Of a stretch of 64,000 bases of DNA, positions 27,582-38,108 are shown one piece after another. Each line of letters begins with the position of its first letter. The stretch's first letter is position 1. The notes below the pieces were generated by a model. That model saw only the letters and a program-made list of their open reading frames with translations, was not told where the DNA came from and searched no databases. Origin of the DNA: Planctomycetota bacterium (GTDB lineage: Bacteria; Planctomycetota; Phycisphaerae; WQYP01); contig JAJZCR010000001.1 of NCBI GenBank assembly GCA_021851715.1, positions 7,517-71,516 of the forward strand, given 5' to 3'. The translations under genes were made by a program, and so were the position numbers.

Positions 27582-30500
27582 ATGAGAAGGCTTTATTTAT
27601 CGGGTTGGATTGCGCCTATGGCGGCTTTGCTGGTAGCGGGCGCGGCGCAGGCCGCGGGGCCCAGCTTGCTGGACCGGCGCAACTTGAATGTGATGGGTTG
27701 CGCGGCGCCCAATATCCATTATGCCTTTGTAACGTCCAGCGAGCCTGGCAATGTTTTCTTTCCGGGTGATGCCGTCAATCTGCAGATACGGCTTTCGGCG
27801 GCGGGAAAGGGGAAGTTTCTGGAGTTTTCAATTGGCCGGATCGGCATGTACAAAAACCGGTATTGGCATCCCGGTTGGGCCAGCATGGTTCCCAGCGGCG
27901 TGCCGAAAATTGAGTTTCTGGGCTGGCGGGCGCATGTTCGTGTGGTGACCGGGGCGGCGGGCAAATTGGGTGCCGCGCTGGCTGCGTCTGGGCGAGGATA
28001 TCCCGCAGCTTCCGCGACTTACCTGAAGCCGGCTCCCGGAGGTGGGTCGATGTTGGAGGTGAGCCATTTGCCGGTGCCGGAACGGTATGGCTGCTACGTG
28101 ATAACTGTGGCACCGGATGGGAAAAATCCGCAATTTTTATGCACTGTGCTGCGGGCCCATCGGATTACGCCCGGGTTTAACACCGGTGCCCCGATTCTCA
28201 ACGAAGCGGCACTGATGACCCAGGGTGCCGATAACAATCCGGCCTTGTTGTTACGTGGTGCCCGGACGGCTTCGCGTCTGGGTCTGAAAATACTGCGTTT
28301 TGAGGCGCACTGGAGCAGTGTGGAACAGAAACGCGGGGTGTATAACTGGAGCAGTCTGGATCCGATGATGCACGCCATGGCCAAGGCCGGGGTGCGCACC
28401 ATGTGGACGGTGGACTGCGCGCCATTTTGGACCATGCCGTTTGATCAGCCCACGCCGGCCTGTATTCCCACCAAGGCGGATTGGTCTTGTGAACCGAAAT
28501 ATCTGCCGCTGTTTAAGAAATGGCTCAATGCCGCATGCCGGCGCTATTGGGATCATGGCCGGGGATCCTTGTGGGTGCTGGAAAACTGGAATGAGCCGTG
28601 GAATGGCATTTCCATCAGCGGTTGGGAAAGTGATATACCGCACTACCGGGCGATTATGCGAGTCATTGCAGCAGTGGCGCACGCCCAAAAGCCACCCATG
28701 AAAACTGCCGCCGCCGGTTGGATCGGCAACACGGAAAATATGTTTTTGACCGGCCGACACCCGGCCAAACAAATAAAAATGGTCGATATTTTCACGGATC
28801 ATTATGTGCAGCCGGATTTTTCCTACGGACCGATGGTGGCCCATTATTGGCAAAAACAAAGCATGGACACCGAAAGCTGGGTGGCCTGCAATGAAATGAT
28901 GCTGCCGCAGGTGATGACGCAGTTTATGGCCTGCGGCCAGGGACACGTGAATCCGTGTTATCCGGATTTTATTTATTTTAGCGCCCCCGGTTCACCCACC
29001 ACCTACACCATGCCCACACCGGTGGCATTGGCGTGCAATACATTCAGCTACTTTATTACCGACAAGCCATTTCGGCGGATGCTGTTTATGCATCATCTGC
29101 CGTTTGCCTTTGAGTTTGGAACAGATCCTCATGCGGTGGTGGTGCTGCTGGGGCGGCTGTTTACCCCGTTCGGCAATTCTTTGCGGTCGGTGCTGTGGTG
29201 GCAGTTTAACTTAACCCACGGTGGCACGATGAGCTTTAACAATGCCGATGGAGCCATCCATATTTATAATCTGGATGGCAACCGGGTTTTCATGCGTAAA
29301 AGAAGAGTCACCCTGCCCGTGACCACCCTGGCCTATTACCTGACGTGTCCCCAAGGGGGCGTGGAGCTGATTCGGCAGCGGCTGGCGGCGGCGAGGTACA
29401 AAGATGTGCGGCCGGTGGAAATCATTGCCCACGATTTTACCCAGTTTCTCAACCGTCCCGGAGCGCAACTGCACACCACGCTGCACAACCTGCTGCCGCG
29501 GAAAATCAGCGGTACGCTTAGCATTGTCGCCCCGGCGGGCATCAAGCTGGCCCAGGACCGGGTGCGGGTGGCGCTGAACCCGGGCCAATCGCTGGATGTG
29601 GCCGTGGCAGTCATTCAGGCGCGAATTGCCCGCACCAATGTTTATCCGTTTCGGTATGCATTTGCCAGCGCCGCCGGCCATGCCGGCTGGTCGGAAAATC
29701 TTCACGCGCTGGTGGCTGTGCATAAGACCATCAAGATCAACGGCGATTTAAGCCAGTGGAAGAGTATTCCTGGCGTGATGCACGGATGTGAGAAGGGGCA
29801 GGCCTGGTTTGCAAACCACCGTTGGCTGCCGTTTAGCCAGGAAGCGGCCAAATATCCGCATCAATTCTTCAGCCAGGTGAAACTGGCGTATGATTCCCGT
29901 TACTTTTATGTGTTGGCCCGTGTGAATGATGCGGTGGCCTATCCGGGACATCTACGGCTGGCCACGCGCAATGACGCGCAATATTTTCGCAGTGCCAAGG
30001 ATGACGTGTACTGCGAAAGCCTCAAGCCCTATGAAAAATTTATTCTTGCGGCCCCATGGAACACGCCGCTGGTCGTTCCTGCGGCACTGCAGCGCAATGC
30101 TCTGTTTGCAGCCTACGAAAAGTTTCTGGCTACCCATCGGCGGGCCAAAGCGGAAGTGGCCACAGGCGCTGCGGCAGTATTTTTCCGGGAGCGGAAAATC
30201 AACCCCCGCGCCACCTTTGCCGACGCCACATACGTTTATAAAAAGACTCCGCATGTGGATTTGCCATGGGTGGGCAACACTCTGCAATTTGCGCTGCACG
30301 TAATACCGGGTTACAACTCCCGGGATATGCGGTTGGATACAAAGCTGGTGCCCGCGGGTTTTCATGCCATGCCGGATACGGATTATGAATATGCGCTCTA
30401 TGCGTGCAAAGGCGGCGGCTCGGAATTGTGGCGGCTGCTGGCTCCCGGGGTGCCGCGGGGCTTTTATTGGCCCCGGCAGCCGCGGGCTAAGGTGGACCAA

Positions 30501-30791
30501 GGCCCGGTTGTCGGCAGCCTGCACCTGGTGAGGCACGATGGCAACATCACGATTTACGAAGCGGCGATTCCGTGGACAGAGCTTAGCCAATGGCATCCCC
30601 AGGCTGGTCGGACGTTTGGGTTTACGTTTATCGTCAATAGCTACCAGGGGCCGGACGCCGGTTTTGACAATCTCGCGGACGCCATTGCGTTCGGAGACAA
30701 CAAAAGCGCCACCAAACTCAACGGTCTGACGCTGCATCGCTATAACGAAGCCAAGCCGAGTTGTGCGGTACTCTGGGGACTGGTGAAATAA
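27582..30791 (+). CDS. Secreted clan GH-A-like glycoside hydrolase with C-terminal CBM9-like domain
   Basis: Signal peptide; LRFEAHWSSVEQKRGVYNWSSLD; ENWNEP acid/base; MDTESW nucleophile; IKINGDLSQW, LAYDSRYFYV, YEAAIPW. Confidence 0.75.
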   Translation: MRRLYLSGWIAPMAALLVAGAAQAAGPSLLDRRNLNVMGCAAPNIHYAFVTSSEPGNVFFPGDAVNLQIRLSAAGKGKFLEFSIGRIGMYKNRYWHPGWASMVPSGVPKIEFLGWRAHVRVVTGAAGKLGAALAASGRGYPAASATYLKPAPGGGSMLEVSHLPVPERYGCYVITVAPDGKNPQFLCTVLRAHRITPGFNTGAPILNEAALMTQGADNNPALLLRGARTASRLGLKILRFEAHWSSVEQKRGVYNWSSLDPMMHAMAKAGVRTMWTVDCAPFWTMPFDQPTPACIPTKADWSCEPKYLPLFKKWLNAACRRYWDHGRGSLWVLENWNEPWNGISISGWESDIPHYRAIMRVIAAVAHAQKPPMKTAAAGWIGNTENMFLTGRHPAKQIKMVDIFTDHYVQPDFSYGPMVAHYWQKQSMDTESWVACNEMMLPQVMTQFMACGQGHVNPCYPDFIYFSAPGSPTTYTMPTPVALACNTFSYFITDKPFRRMLFMHHLPFAFEFGTDPHAVVVLLGRLFTPFGNSLRSVLWWQFNLTHGGTMSFNNADGAIHIYNLDGNRVFMRKRRVTLPVTTLAYYLTCPQGGVELIRQRLAAARYKDVRPVEIIAHDFTQFLNRPGAQLHTTLHNLLPRKISGTLSIVAPAGIKLAQDRVRVALNPGQSLDVAVAVIQARIARTNVYPFRYAFASAAGHAGWSENLHALVAVHKTIKINGDLSQWKSIPGVMHGCEKGQAWFANHRWLPFSQEAAKYPHQFFSQVKLAYDSRYFYVLARVNDAVAYPGHLRLATRNDAQYFRSAKDDVYCESLKPYEKFILAAPWNTPLVVPAALQRNALFAAYEKFLATHRRAKAEVATGAAAVFFRERKINPRATFADATYVYKKTPHVDLPWVGNTLQFALHVIPGYNSRDMRLDTKLVPAGFHAMPDTDYEYALYACKGGGSELWRLLAPGVPRGFYWPRQPRAKVDQGPVVGSLHLVRHDGNITIYEAAIPWTELSQWHPQAGRTFGFTFIVNSYQGPDAGFDNLADAIAFGDNKSATKLNGLTLHRYNEAKPSCAVLWGLVK

Positions 30792-30867
30792 CGCGCGGTA
30801 ACCGCCGGGACAGCGGAGCCGCATGCGACATTATTTTTATATCTCGACGCAAGAAAGGGTTGAACCG

Positions 30868-31584
30868 ATGAATGCACTTTTTCCATCCACGTTGTCCCTG
30901 ATCATCATGCTGGCGGCCGGCGCATGGGCAGTGCCAGGGGCGGCGATGAACTCGCGGGTGCTGCCGTTGCGCATTGCCTGTGTGGGCGACAGTATCACGT
31001 GGGGGTACCATGTGCCGCACCGGTTGATCAATGCATATCCGGTGGTACTGCAGCGGCTGGTGGGACCGGCCTATGTGGTGCGGGGCTTTGGCCACAGCGG
31101 GGCCACCGCGTTAAGGCATCCCACGTGGAATGTTTCGTACTGGAACGTACCGGAATTTAAACAGGCCACGGCGTTTAAGCCTCATGTAGTGATTGTGATG
31201 CTGGGCACCAATGATTCCAACCATGGCAACCTGGCCGTGATGCGGCGGTATTTTAGTCGGGATTTTACTGCCCTGATCCGGCACTTTCAGAAGCTTTCCA
31301 CGCATCCGAAGGTTTTTATCTGTCTACCGCCATCACTGGGCGATGGAACCATCACCGGTCCGCAAGAGGCGGTGCCGAAAACCGGGGTGGCTCCGCGCAT
31401 TGTGGCGGTGGCCCGAAGGCTGCATCTGCCGCTGATCAATCTGCTCTACGCAATGGGCGGGCGGTGGAAGCTTTTTAATGCGGATCATATTCATCCCAAT
31501 ATCCAGGGTCAGAGAGTGCTGGCGCAGGTGGTCGATCATGCGCTGGTGAAGGCGGGGGTAGTTGTTGAGAGGACGCAGCAGTAA
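30868..31584 (+). CDS. Secreted SGNH/GDSL esterase
   Basis: CVGDSITWG, GHSGAT, MLGTNDS, DHIHPN. Confidence 0.92.
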   Translation: MNALFPSTLSLIIMLAAGAWAVPGAAMNSRVLPLRIACVGDSITWGYHVPHRLINAYPVVLQRLVGPAYVVRGFGHSGATALRHPTWNVSYWNVPEFKQATAFKPHVVIVMLGTNDSNHGNLAVMRRYFSRDFTALIRHFQKLSTHPKVFICLPPSLGDGTITGPQEAVPKTGVAPRIVAVARRLHLPLINLLYAMGGRWKLFNADHIHPNIQGQRVLAQVVDHALVKAGVVVERTQQ

Positions 31585-31661
31585 GCTGGCAGGGGTGCTG
31601 CAGGAGCCCGGATCCGGGAGCGACGGCGTGGAATCTTCCGACTACCGGGGCGGCGAGTATC

Positions 31662-32651
31662 CTACGACAGCCAATGCCGCAGGCGGCGTTTAAGCCTGTG
31701 CTGTAACCGGTGCAGGGTGCCGGGTACGGCCGGTATTTGCGAGATGTGCCGGCCGAGCTGAGTTTCCAGATCTTGGCAGTAACCAAGCAGTGGCGCAAAG
31801 TCCGCAAGTTCCCGCTGGATGAGAGTCCATGGTTCACGTATCAGCGCATCAGTCGGGTGCAGATGGTCGTCGGCCAGGGCGGTCAGCGATTCATAGGCCC
31901 GCCATACCACCGGCGGTACTGCCGGGTGATTTTGCAGGTCCTGCCGGGAGTGGATCGCATGACGCAGGTGCGCAGCCAGGAATTCCGCCGCGTAGGTATC
32001 CACCGCTTGAGCGACCGGGGGCGTCCAGGGCAAAGACAGGGAATTGGCCACGCGTTGCATCTGCCGGCGCGGGTCAGCCAGCAGGGCGTCGTAATTCACC
32101 ACCACGCAGGGGCGATCCCAGCTGCCGGTCAAGGCGGCGGCGTTGCGCAGCAACCAGAAGATGCAGGATCGGCGTACATCAAAGCCGGCGTCAATGCCAG
32201 CCAACGATGCCGCCACGCTCAGCGGATTGCGTACAGCCAGCACATAAGCATCCTGATAATGGTCCTGTCGCAGGAGGCCCTGCCAGAAGGGCAGGGTCAG
32301 GGTGGTCCGTGGATCCTTAAAGCCCCACAGGCGGCAGCGGCCATAGCGGTGGCGGATCAGTGATCGGGCTTGATCTTTTAAGGGCATAAGGGCGGGCAGG
32401 TTGAAGGTTGCGGGACTTACCAGGTTCAGGCTCATGTTGGATGAGCCTGCCACGGTCAGCACCGCATCATTGATCCGGCGCAAATCATCATCTTCAAAAT
32501 AGCCACGCGGATTTTCCTGCGGATCAGGCCGCACCAGATGATCACCGAGTTCAACGCCCAGCGCGGCTAATCCGCGGGCGATGGCGCTGGTGCCGCTGCG
32601 GCCGGCCCCCAGCACAAGAATAACACGCTGCACATCAGGTTGATCCATCAT
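31662..32651 (-). CDS. Sulfotransferase-family protein (start uncertain)
   Basis: VLGAGRSGTS PAPS-binding loop, NPRGYFED, WGFKDPRT, VRNPLSVAASL. Confidence 0.85.
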   Translation of the reverse strand: MMDQPDVQRVILVLGAGRSGTSAIARGLAALGVELGDHLVRPDPQENPRGYFEDDDLRRINDAVLTVAGSSNMSLNLVSPATFNLPALMPLKDQARSLIRHRYGRCRLWGFKDPRTTLTLPFWQGLLRQDHYQDAYVLAVRNPLSVAASLAGIDAGFDVRRSCIFWLLRNAAALTGSWDRPCVVVNYDALLADPRRQMQRVANSLSLPWTPPVAQAVDTYAAEFLAAHLRHAIHSRQDLQNHPAVPPVVWRAYESLTALADDHLHPTDALIREPWTLIQRELADFAPLLGYCQDLETQLGRHISQIPAVPGTLHRLQHRLKRRLRHWLS

Positions 32652-32671
32652 TTGTCCCGCTGGAAGTGTGT

Positions 32672-34660
32672 TTAATGCGGCTGGAGGCACGGTGTTCCGC
32701 GGCGGGTTGACCATTTGGCCCTGCGCAGACAATGTCGGCCACAGCCCAATTCCATGTCACCGGCCCGGACACAGGCCGGTCCGCCGAGCGGGCGGCTGAG
32801 GCAGGCGGCAAGAAGAATGAAAATGTACAGCGGCCAGCGGTGCCGGCGCAGCAGTCGGCGCAGGGCGCGAAACGGCCCGGTGATATTCCAGGAAATGGAT
32901 TGCTGCATGCGATTCACCACCTCCCAGGCCGCCGCCGCGGTATGAACGATGGGCCGGGCCTCCGACGGGTGCCCGCCGAGGCGGGCGGAAATGTCACGGA
33001 AGATACGTGTACTGCGCCAGGATGCGGATTGCCAGTGGCGGTCCACAAAGGCCTGGGGTGTCTGTGCCAGCCCGTGTGGCCATGGCAAGGCCGCGTCGCT
33101 TTGCCAGGTATGATACGTGCCGTGGGCGTAAAGCAGCAATTCGCGCAGCGGTGCGGGCGCAGCCTGCAGGTAGGGCTGAATGATACGCAGCCGGGCGGCA
33201 TGTGGATCGGTACTGCCGCACATGCCGGATGGGTTCATGCGATACCAGAAGAGCCGCCGGGGGATGGTCTGGAGATGAAAACCGCGCAGCACCGCCCTGG
33301 CAAAAAATTCCCAATCTTCAAACCCCACGCCGTAATCTTCGCCAAAACCGCCAAGTAATTCCATGGCCTGGCGCCGGATCAGGGCGTTGGCCGGCCCAAA
33401 CACATTACGAAAGGCACCGGCAGCCACCGCCGGCCCGAGAAACACTTGAATATTCCGCGGGGGCTGATTTTCCGCCGGTGGTTCCAGAGAGGAAAATCGT
33501 TCCATCGAGCAGGTTAAAATGTCCGCACCGGTGTGCCGGGCGACCCGCATAAACACGCTGATTTCATCGGATTGGGCCACATCGTCATCATCCATGAACA
33601 GCAGGTATTCGCCGCGGGCGGCCCGGGCGGCGGTATTGCGTGCCGCTCCCAGATAACGATTATTCTGGCGGATGATTTGCCAGTCCTTGACGGCGAATTC
33701 CGGCTCCAACGAGTTTAAAAAGCCGATTGCGGCGGGATCGGTACTGCCGTCATCACAAACAACCACCTCCAAATGCGGGTAATCCTGGTTGCGTATGGAT
33801 TCCAAAGCCCGGGCCAGAAGAAGTGGGCGATTAAAATGGCAGATACATACGCTTACCAGCGTTGCCGCGGCCTGGTCTTTGGGCGTGAAGGTCGAAACCG
33901 GGTCTGGGCATTTGGCCAGCAGACGATCGTGCCAGCGTAGCCATTGGGCAGTGCCGGCTGTTTGATCACAGGCCGGCTCAATCGTCACAGGGTCCGCATC
34001 CGGGGGCAGGTTCAGCCGGCCTGCCGCGGCCTGTGGTTGCGTGCTCCAGAGAGCATCGGCCATGGATACCATTTGCCGCTGCATGAAAGCGGCCTCAAGT
34101 TCCTCCACCTGATGTAAAAATGAAGGCTGGTCCGACCCTGCACGCGGGGCAGGATGGTCCAGGCCAACGACAAATCGGGTGTGCTGGAAGGCCCAGCCCT
34201 GATGTTTCGCCAGCATACTGTGGTAGCCCACTCCGGGCCACAGGGGCAGATGGACCAGGTTCAGGCGATCTTGTCGGCTAAGAAGAAACTGTAACAGGCG
34301 GTAGCTGGTTTGGGCCGGGCCGGCGGGTCCCACGCGCACTGCGGGCATATCCGGCAGTGCCGCAAAATCTATCCCCATGTTGCGATAGTGGTTGGTCCAG
34401 AACCGGATGGTTTGTGCCGGAGAGTGTGGACCGGGCAGATAAAGCACCTGCACATGATGGCCCGCCGCAGCCAGGGCGGCTGCCAGCGGGTCGGCGGAAT
34501 TGGCAGCAGACGCACCCGAACCGGCACCTGAGAGAACCGGCCGCAACAGGCAAATGTGAAGCGGGAGATTTGAGCTTAAAGCTCGGCCGGCAACCTGCGG
34601 TACGGCGAGAGCCGAATCGGCGGTGGCCCGGTTATATGTTTCGCCGACGGTTAAAGCCAT
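32672..34660 (-). CDS. Family 2 glycosyltransferase with N-terminal extension
   Basis: VSVCICHFNRP, VVCDDGSTD, GAARN, LFMDDDD, EDWEF. Confidence 0.9.
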   Translation of the reverse strand: MALTVGETYNRATADSALAVPQVAGRALSSNLPLHICLLRPVLSGAGSGASAANSADPLAAALAAAGHHVQVLYLPGPHSPAQTIRFWTNHYRNMGIDFAALPDMPAVRVGPAGPAQTSYRLLQFLLSRQDRLNLVHLPLWPGVGYHSMLAKHQGWAFQHTRFVVGLDHPAPRAGSDQPSFLHQVEELEAAFMQRQMVSMADALWSTQPQAAAGRLNLPPDADPVTIEPACDQTAGTAQWLRWHDRLLAKCPDPVSTFTPKDQAAATLVSVCICHFNRPLLLARALESIRNQDYPHLEVVVCDDGSTDPAAIGFLNSLEPEFAVKDWQIIRQNNRYLGAARNTAARAARGEYLLFMDDDDVAQSDEISVFMRVARHTGADILTCSMERFSSLEPPAENQPPRNIQVFLGPAVAAGAFRNVFGPANALIRRQAMELLGGFGEDYGVGFEDWEFFARAVLRGFHLQTIPRRLFWYRMNPSGMCGSTDPHAARLRIIQPYLQAAPAPLRELLLYAHGTYHTWQSDAALPWPHGLAQTPQAFVDRHWQSASWRSTRIFRDISARLGGHPSEARPIVHTAAAAWEVVNRMQQSISWNITGPFRALRRLLRRHRWPLYIFILLAACLSRPLGGPACVRAGDMELGCGRHCLRRAKWSTRRGTPCLQPH

Positions 34661-34731
34661 TCGCCAACGGTCCTTTCTCTACTATTAAACGATTGATGCG
34701 GGCCGGGGTTGCAAAGGGGTGCGGCGCTTCA

Positions 34732-35154
34732 TCATTGGATCATGCGCAGCCACAGGGCGGTAGCCAAGCCCCAGATGATGTTAAGCAAGATGACAAACAA
34801 AAAGGTGGTGTGGCCGAAATCCATGCCCAGCCAGCCTTTGTGCATCCAAAAAGGGAAAACCACCAACAGGTCAAATGCGGCCGGCAGCAAGCCATACACC
34901 AGGCCGCGTTTGAAGGTGGAACCGGCCAGGAGCGGCAGCAAAAAGCACAGGCCGAAGATGCCGCCCCAGACCAGGTGCTGGTAAAACCGCCATTTATTAA
35001 AATCACCGGAAAGGCTGCAATGCAGCAAAGCAAAGAGATTCAATTTTCCGCAAAGCCAAGCCGCACCTGCATTGACCAGAGCGCCGAACATGCCGGCGGC
35101 AAAAGTCATGGAGATTTCGCGGGGCACGCTGCTGGAAGTACCGGCGGAGGCCAT
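34732..35154 (-). CDS. Small integral membrane protein
   Basis: AAGGAG RBS; about four hydrophobic helices; LVWGGIFG. Confidence 0.7.
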   Translation of the reverse strand: MASAGTSSSVPREISMTFAAGMFGALVNAGAAWLCGKLNLFALLHCSLSGDFNKWRFYQHLVWGGIFGLCFLLPLLAGSTFKRGLVYGLLPAAFDLLVVFPFWMHKGWLGMDFGHTTFLFVILLNIIWGLATALWLRMIQ

Positions 35155-35211
35155 ACAAACTCCTTGGGACAAACCCGACGGAGTATAGCATGGGCCGTGC
35201 GTGCCTTATTT

Positions 35212-36222
35212 TCAAGTGGCGCGTGGGTGGGCGCTTTCGTAGGCCTCGCGGATCCGGTGCGTGGTCAGGTGGGTGTAAATTTGCGTGGTGCTCAGACTCT
35301 GGTGGCCCAGCAATTCCTGCACCGACCGTAAATCCGCCCCATGGTTGAGCATGTGCGTGGCAAAGCTGTGCCGCAGCGTGTGCGGGCTGATATCCGGATC
35401 GAGGTGGGCTTCCAGCAGGTATTTATCCAACTTTCGCCGCACCGACCTGGTGCTTAATCGCTGGCCGTGCTTGTTAATGAACAGCGAAGAGACGGAACTG
35501 CCGGCGGGCACGGTAGAATTGCGCATGGGCATATATTTTTGAATGGCGTTCATGGCGGTCTGGCCGACGGGGTTCAGGCGTTCCTTTTTGCCTTTGCCGC
35601 GGACTTTGATGACATTGCCGGAAAAATCCACATCGTCGACATTAAGTCCCACCAGTTCGCTTACCCGCATGCCGGTGCTGTAAATGACTTCCAGCATGGC
35701 TTTATCGCGTGAACCAAGCAGGTCGGTATCTTTCGGGGTTTGCAGAAGCCGGTTGACCTGCTCTTCGGTCATAAATTTGGGCAGGCGTTTTTCCAGCTTC
35801 GGCGTGCGAATGGTGAGCATGGGGTTGTTGCCGGTGAGGCCGCGTTTGTTGAGGAATTTGAAAAAGCTGCGGAGGGTAGCCAGTTTTCTGGCCATGGTGG
35901 CTTTGGAATAATTCTGTTCGCGCATCTTCTGCAGGTAGTTGCGCACGTCATCAACATTGGCGTTCACCAGCAATTGATCGAGTTGCTCAGGCGAAGATTC
36001 GGTGGCCTGAGCCGCCGCGGCTGGAATGGCGGCCGGCGCTGATGCCGGCGAATTTCCCGTGCCATTTACCGCCGGTGTCGGGGCACCGGGATTAGCCAAA
36101 AAACCGCCGAATTGCTTGAGATCTGCGCCATAGCAGCGGCTGGTGTAGCTGGAAAAATGCCGTTCAAATTGCAGATAATTGAGAAAATCTTGAACCCGTG
36201 CTGGGAGAATGAAGGTTTCCAT
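35212..36222 (-). CDS. xerC: Tyrosine recombinase XerC
   Basis: ARKLATLRSFFK, STGMRVSEL, GKGKKER, HTLRHSFATHML, LGHQSLSTTQIYTH. Confidence 0.9.
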   Translation of the reverse strand: METFILPARVQDFLNYLQFERHFSSYTSRCYGADLKQFGGFLANPGAPTPAVNGTGNSPASAPAAIPAAAAQATESSPEQLDQLLVNANVDDVRNYLQKMREQNYSKATMARKLATLRSFFKFLNKRGLTGNNPMLTIRTPKLEKRLPKFMTEEQVNRLLQTPKDTDLLGSRDKAMLEVIYSTGMRVSELVGLNVDDVDFSGNVIKVRGKGKKERLNPVGQTAMNAIQKYMPMRNSTVPAGSSVSSLFINKHGQRLSTRSVRRKLDKYLLEAHLDPDISPHTLRHSFATHMLNHGADLRSVQELLGHQSLSTTQIYTHLTTHRIREAYESAHPRAT

Positions 36223-36601
36223 GATGAAATTACCGCCTCTATACCGGGGGACGTCATTTAGCCATTCCATAAGCCAGACAACGTCGCGCTACCGGCACGA
36301 CACAGGATGCCACCAGAGCGGCTTCCAGCCATCTCTGCCACGAAATCTCTCTTCGGCCATTTAGCGGCCGCACTTGCGGCCAAACTCATCGAAAAATCCC
36401 GCTCTGGGCATATTTGTTAAGCCCGGCCGGAATCCTTAAATTGCCGCTTGCCCCGAACACTTCTATCGGCTGTTTGGTTACGCGGACTGTACGTCGCGGA
36501 TGTTTTTGGAGCGGTGATTTTCGGGGCGGTAAAATTGGATAAAATGGGGGATTTGTATCGGACGGTGGGGGCCTATAACTTTAAGAGATAGGCCCGCAGG
36601 C

Positions 36602-36629
36602 TTGCAATTATTGTCCCAAGCGCCATAAT
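36602..36629 (+). promoter_or_regulatory. Sigma70-like promoter for nuoJ-N
   Basis: TTGCAA-N16-CATAAT. Confidence 0.45.
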
Positions 36630-36813
36630 CCGGTGTTTCGCGGTTGTCGCCGGACGTTGTCGGTGGTAACTGCGGTGACGGCAACGCCCAGGGCCGCCGG
36701 CCGCGACAGATATCGGACGGCAGCGCCCTGCAGGCAAGTCGGCGGTAACAGCGCTGATTCGCCGCCCGGGGCGGTGAATCCGGTGAAAATTTGAAGATTG
36801 GAAATAGCGGCGT

Positions 36814-37620
36814 ATGGATTATGCATTAGCGGTTGCAACGGCTCTGGGAGCCTTGAGCATTTATCTGCTTTTGCCGCGGGGACGTGGCTCGCTGGTAAAA
36901 ACCGGAGCGCTGGTGGGCGTATTGACGCTTGGCTCGGCCATGCTTTATTTGCTGCGCTGGGTAGGCCTTCATGAAGTGGAGAGCCAGGGTGCGGGGCTGA
37001 ATGTTTTTTTCTGCCTGTTTGCCCTGATTGCGGTGATCTCGGCCACGGCCGTGATCTGTCATCCGCGACCGTTGTATTGTGCGCTTTATTTTGTGCTGCT
37101 GACTCTGGCTGTGGCGGGGCTGTTTATTTTGCTCTTTGCCCAGTTCATGGCCATTGTGCTGATCATCATTTACGCCGGAGCCATTTTGGTTACCTACGTT
37201 TTCGTCATAATGTTGGCGAGTCCCGGCGGCAATGTGGCCGTGGCTGATTACGACCGTGTAACGACGGATCCATTGCTGGCGGTGCTGGTAAGTTTTGTGC
37301 TGCTGGGCACGGTGCTGCAACTGATGTTTATTGGTAAGCCGCGGGCATTTATGGCCGCGCGACCGTCCGGTCCGGTTGCGGTGGGCATGACCATGGGCCA
37401 CAAGATTTTGGCCGGCAAGCCGGCCCAGGCAGGTCAAAAGCCGGCTCCGAAGATGGGCGGGATGGAACTGCTGGGCGTGAACTTATATTCACAATATGCA
37501 TTGCCGCTGGAACTGGCCGGTATTTTGCTGACCATTTCCCTGGTTGGAGCGGTGATGATTGCCCGTAAGAACGAACCTGCCGCCGGGGTACTGGGAACAG
37601 GTCAAATGCCGACGGAATAA
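36814..37620 (+). CDS. nuoJ: NADH-quinone oxidoreductase subunit J
   Basis: IIIYAGAILVTYVFVIML, LELAGILLTISLVGAVMIAR; first gene of the JKLMN run. Confidence 0.9.
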   Translation: MDYALAVATALGALSIYLLLPRGRGSLVKTGALVGVLTLGSAMLYLLRWVGLHEVESQGAGLNVFFCLFALIAVISATAVICHPRPLYCALYFVLLTLAVAGLFILLFAQFMAIVLIIIYAGAILVTYVFVIMLASPGGNVAVADYDRVTTDPLLAVLVSFVLLGTVLQLMFIGKPRAFMAARPSGPVAVGMTMGHKILAGKPAQAGQKPAPKMGGMELLGVNLYSQYALPLELAGILLTISLVGAVMIARKNEPAAGVLGTGQMPTE

Positions 37621-37646
37621 TTCCGCGGTTAAAAAAGGAATCGGCC

Positions 37647-37964
37647 ATGGCGGTGATGAGTCAAGCGATTTTATATGAATACCTGTCGCTGGGAGCGGTG
37701 CTGTTTGTGCTGGGGCTGATTGGTTTTGTGGCCCGCCGCAACATGATCCTGATATTTTTATCCACGGAAATCATGTTTCAGGGGGTGGCCATCAACCTGA
37801 TCGCCTTTGGCCGGTATTGGATGAATATGGACGGCCAGTCGTTTGTGATCTTTCTTTTAACCATAGCTGCGGCGGAAGCATCCCTGGCGTTGGGGCTGGT
37901 GATATTGCTGTTCCGTCGGCGGGAAACGTTGAATGTGGATGTCTGGTCGGAGATGCAGGGATAA
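37647..37964 (+). CDS. nuoK: NADH-quinone oxidoreductase subunit K
   Basis: RRNMILIFLSTEIM, IAAAEASLALG. Confidence 0.95.
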   Translation: MAVMSQAILYEYLSLGAVLFVLGLIGFVARRNMILIFLSTEIMFQGVAINLIAFGRYWMNMDGQSFVIFLLTIAAAEASLALGLVILLFRRRETLNVDVWSEMQG

Positions 37965-38108
37965 ACGCCCAAAGGCGGACGGGGATTGAGCAAAGTGCGG
38001 GATGGATACGCAAGAATGTAATCGGTGAGCCACACCCCAGTATTGGCGGATGATTGCGGGGCTGATGGCCGGGCCAGAATGAAGTTATAGCCGGAGACTT
38101 TTCAACTT

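Noticed and set aside
35212..36222. Tyrosine recombinase as the integrase of a mobile element
   Set aside because: Looks like housekeeping XerC; no att repeats, tRNA or phage genes nearby.
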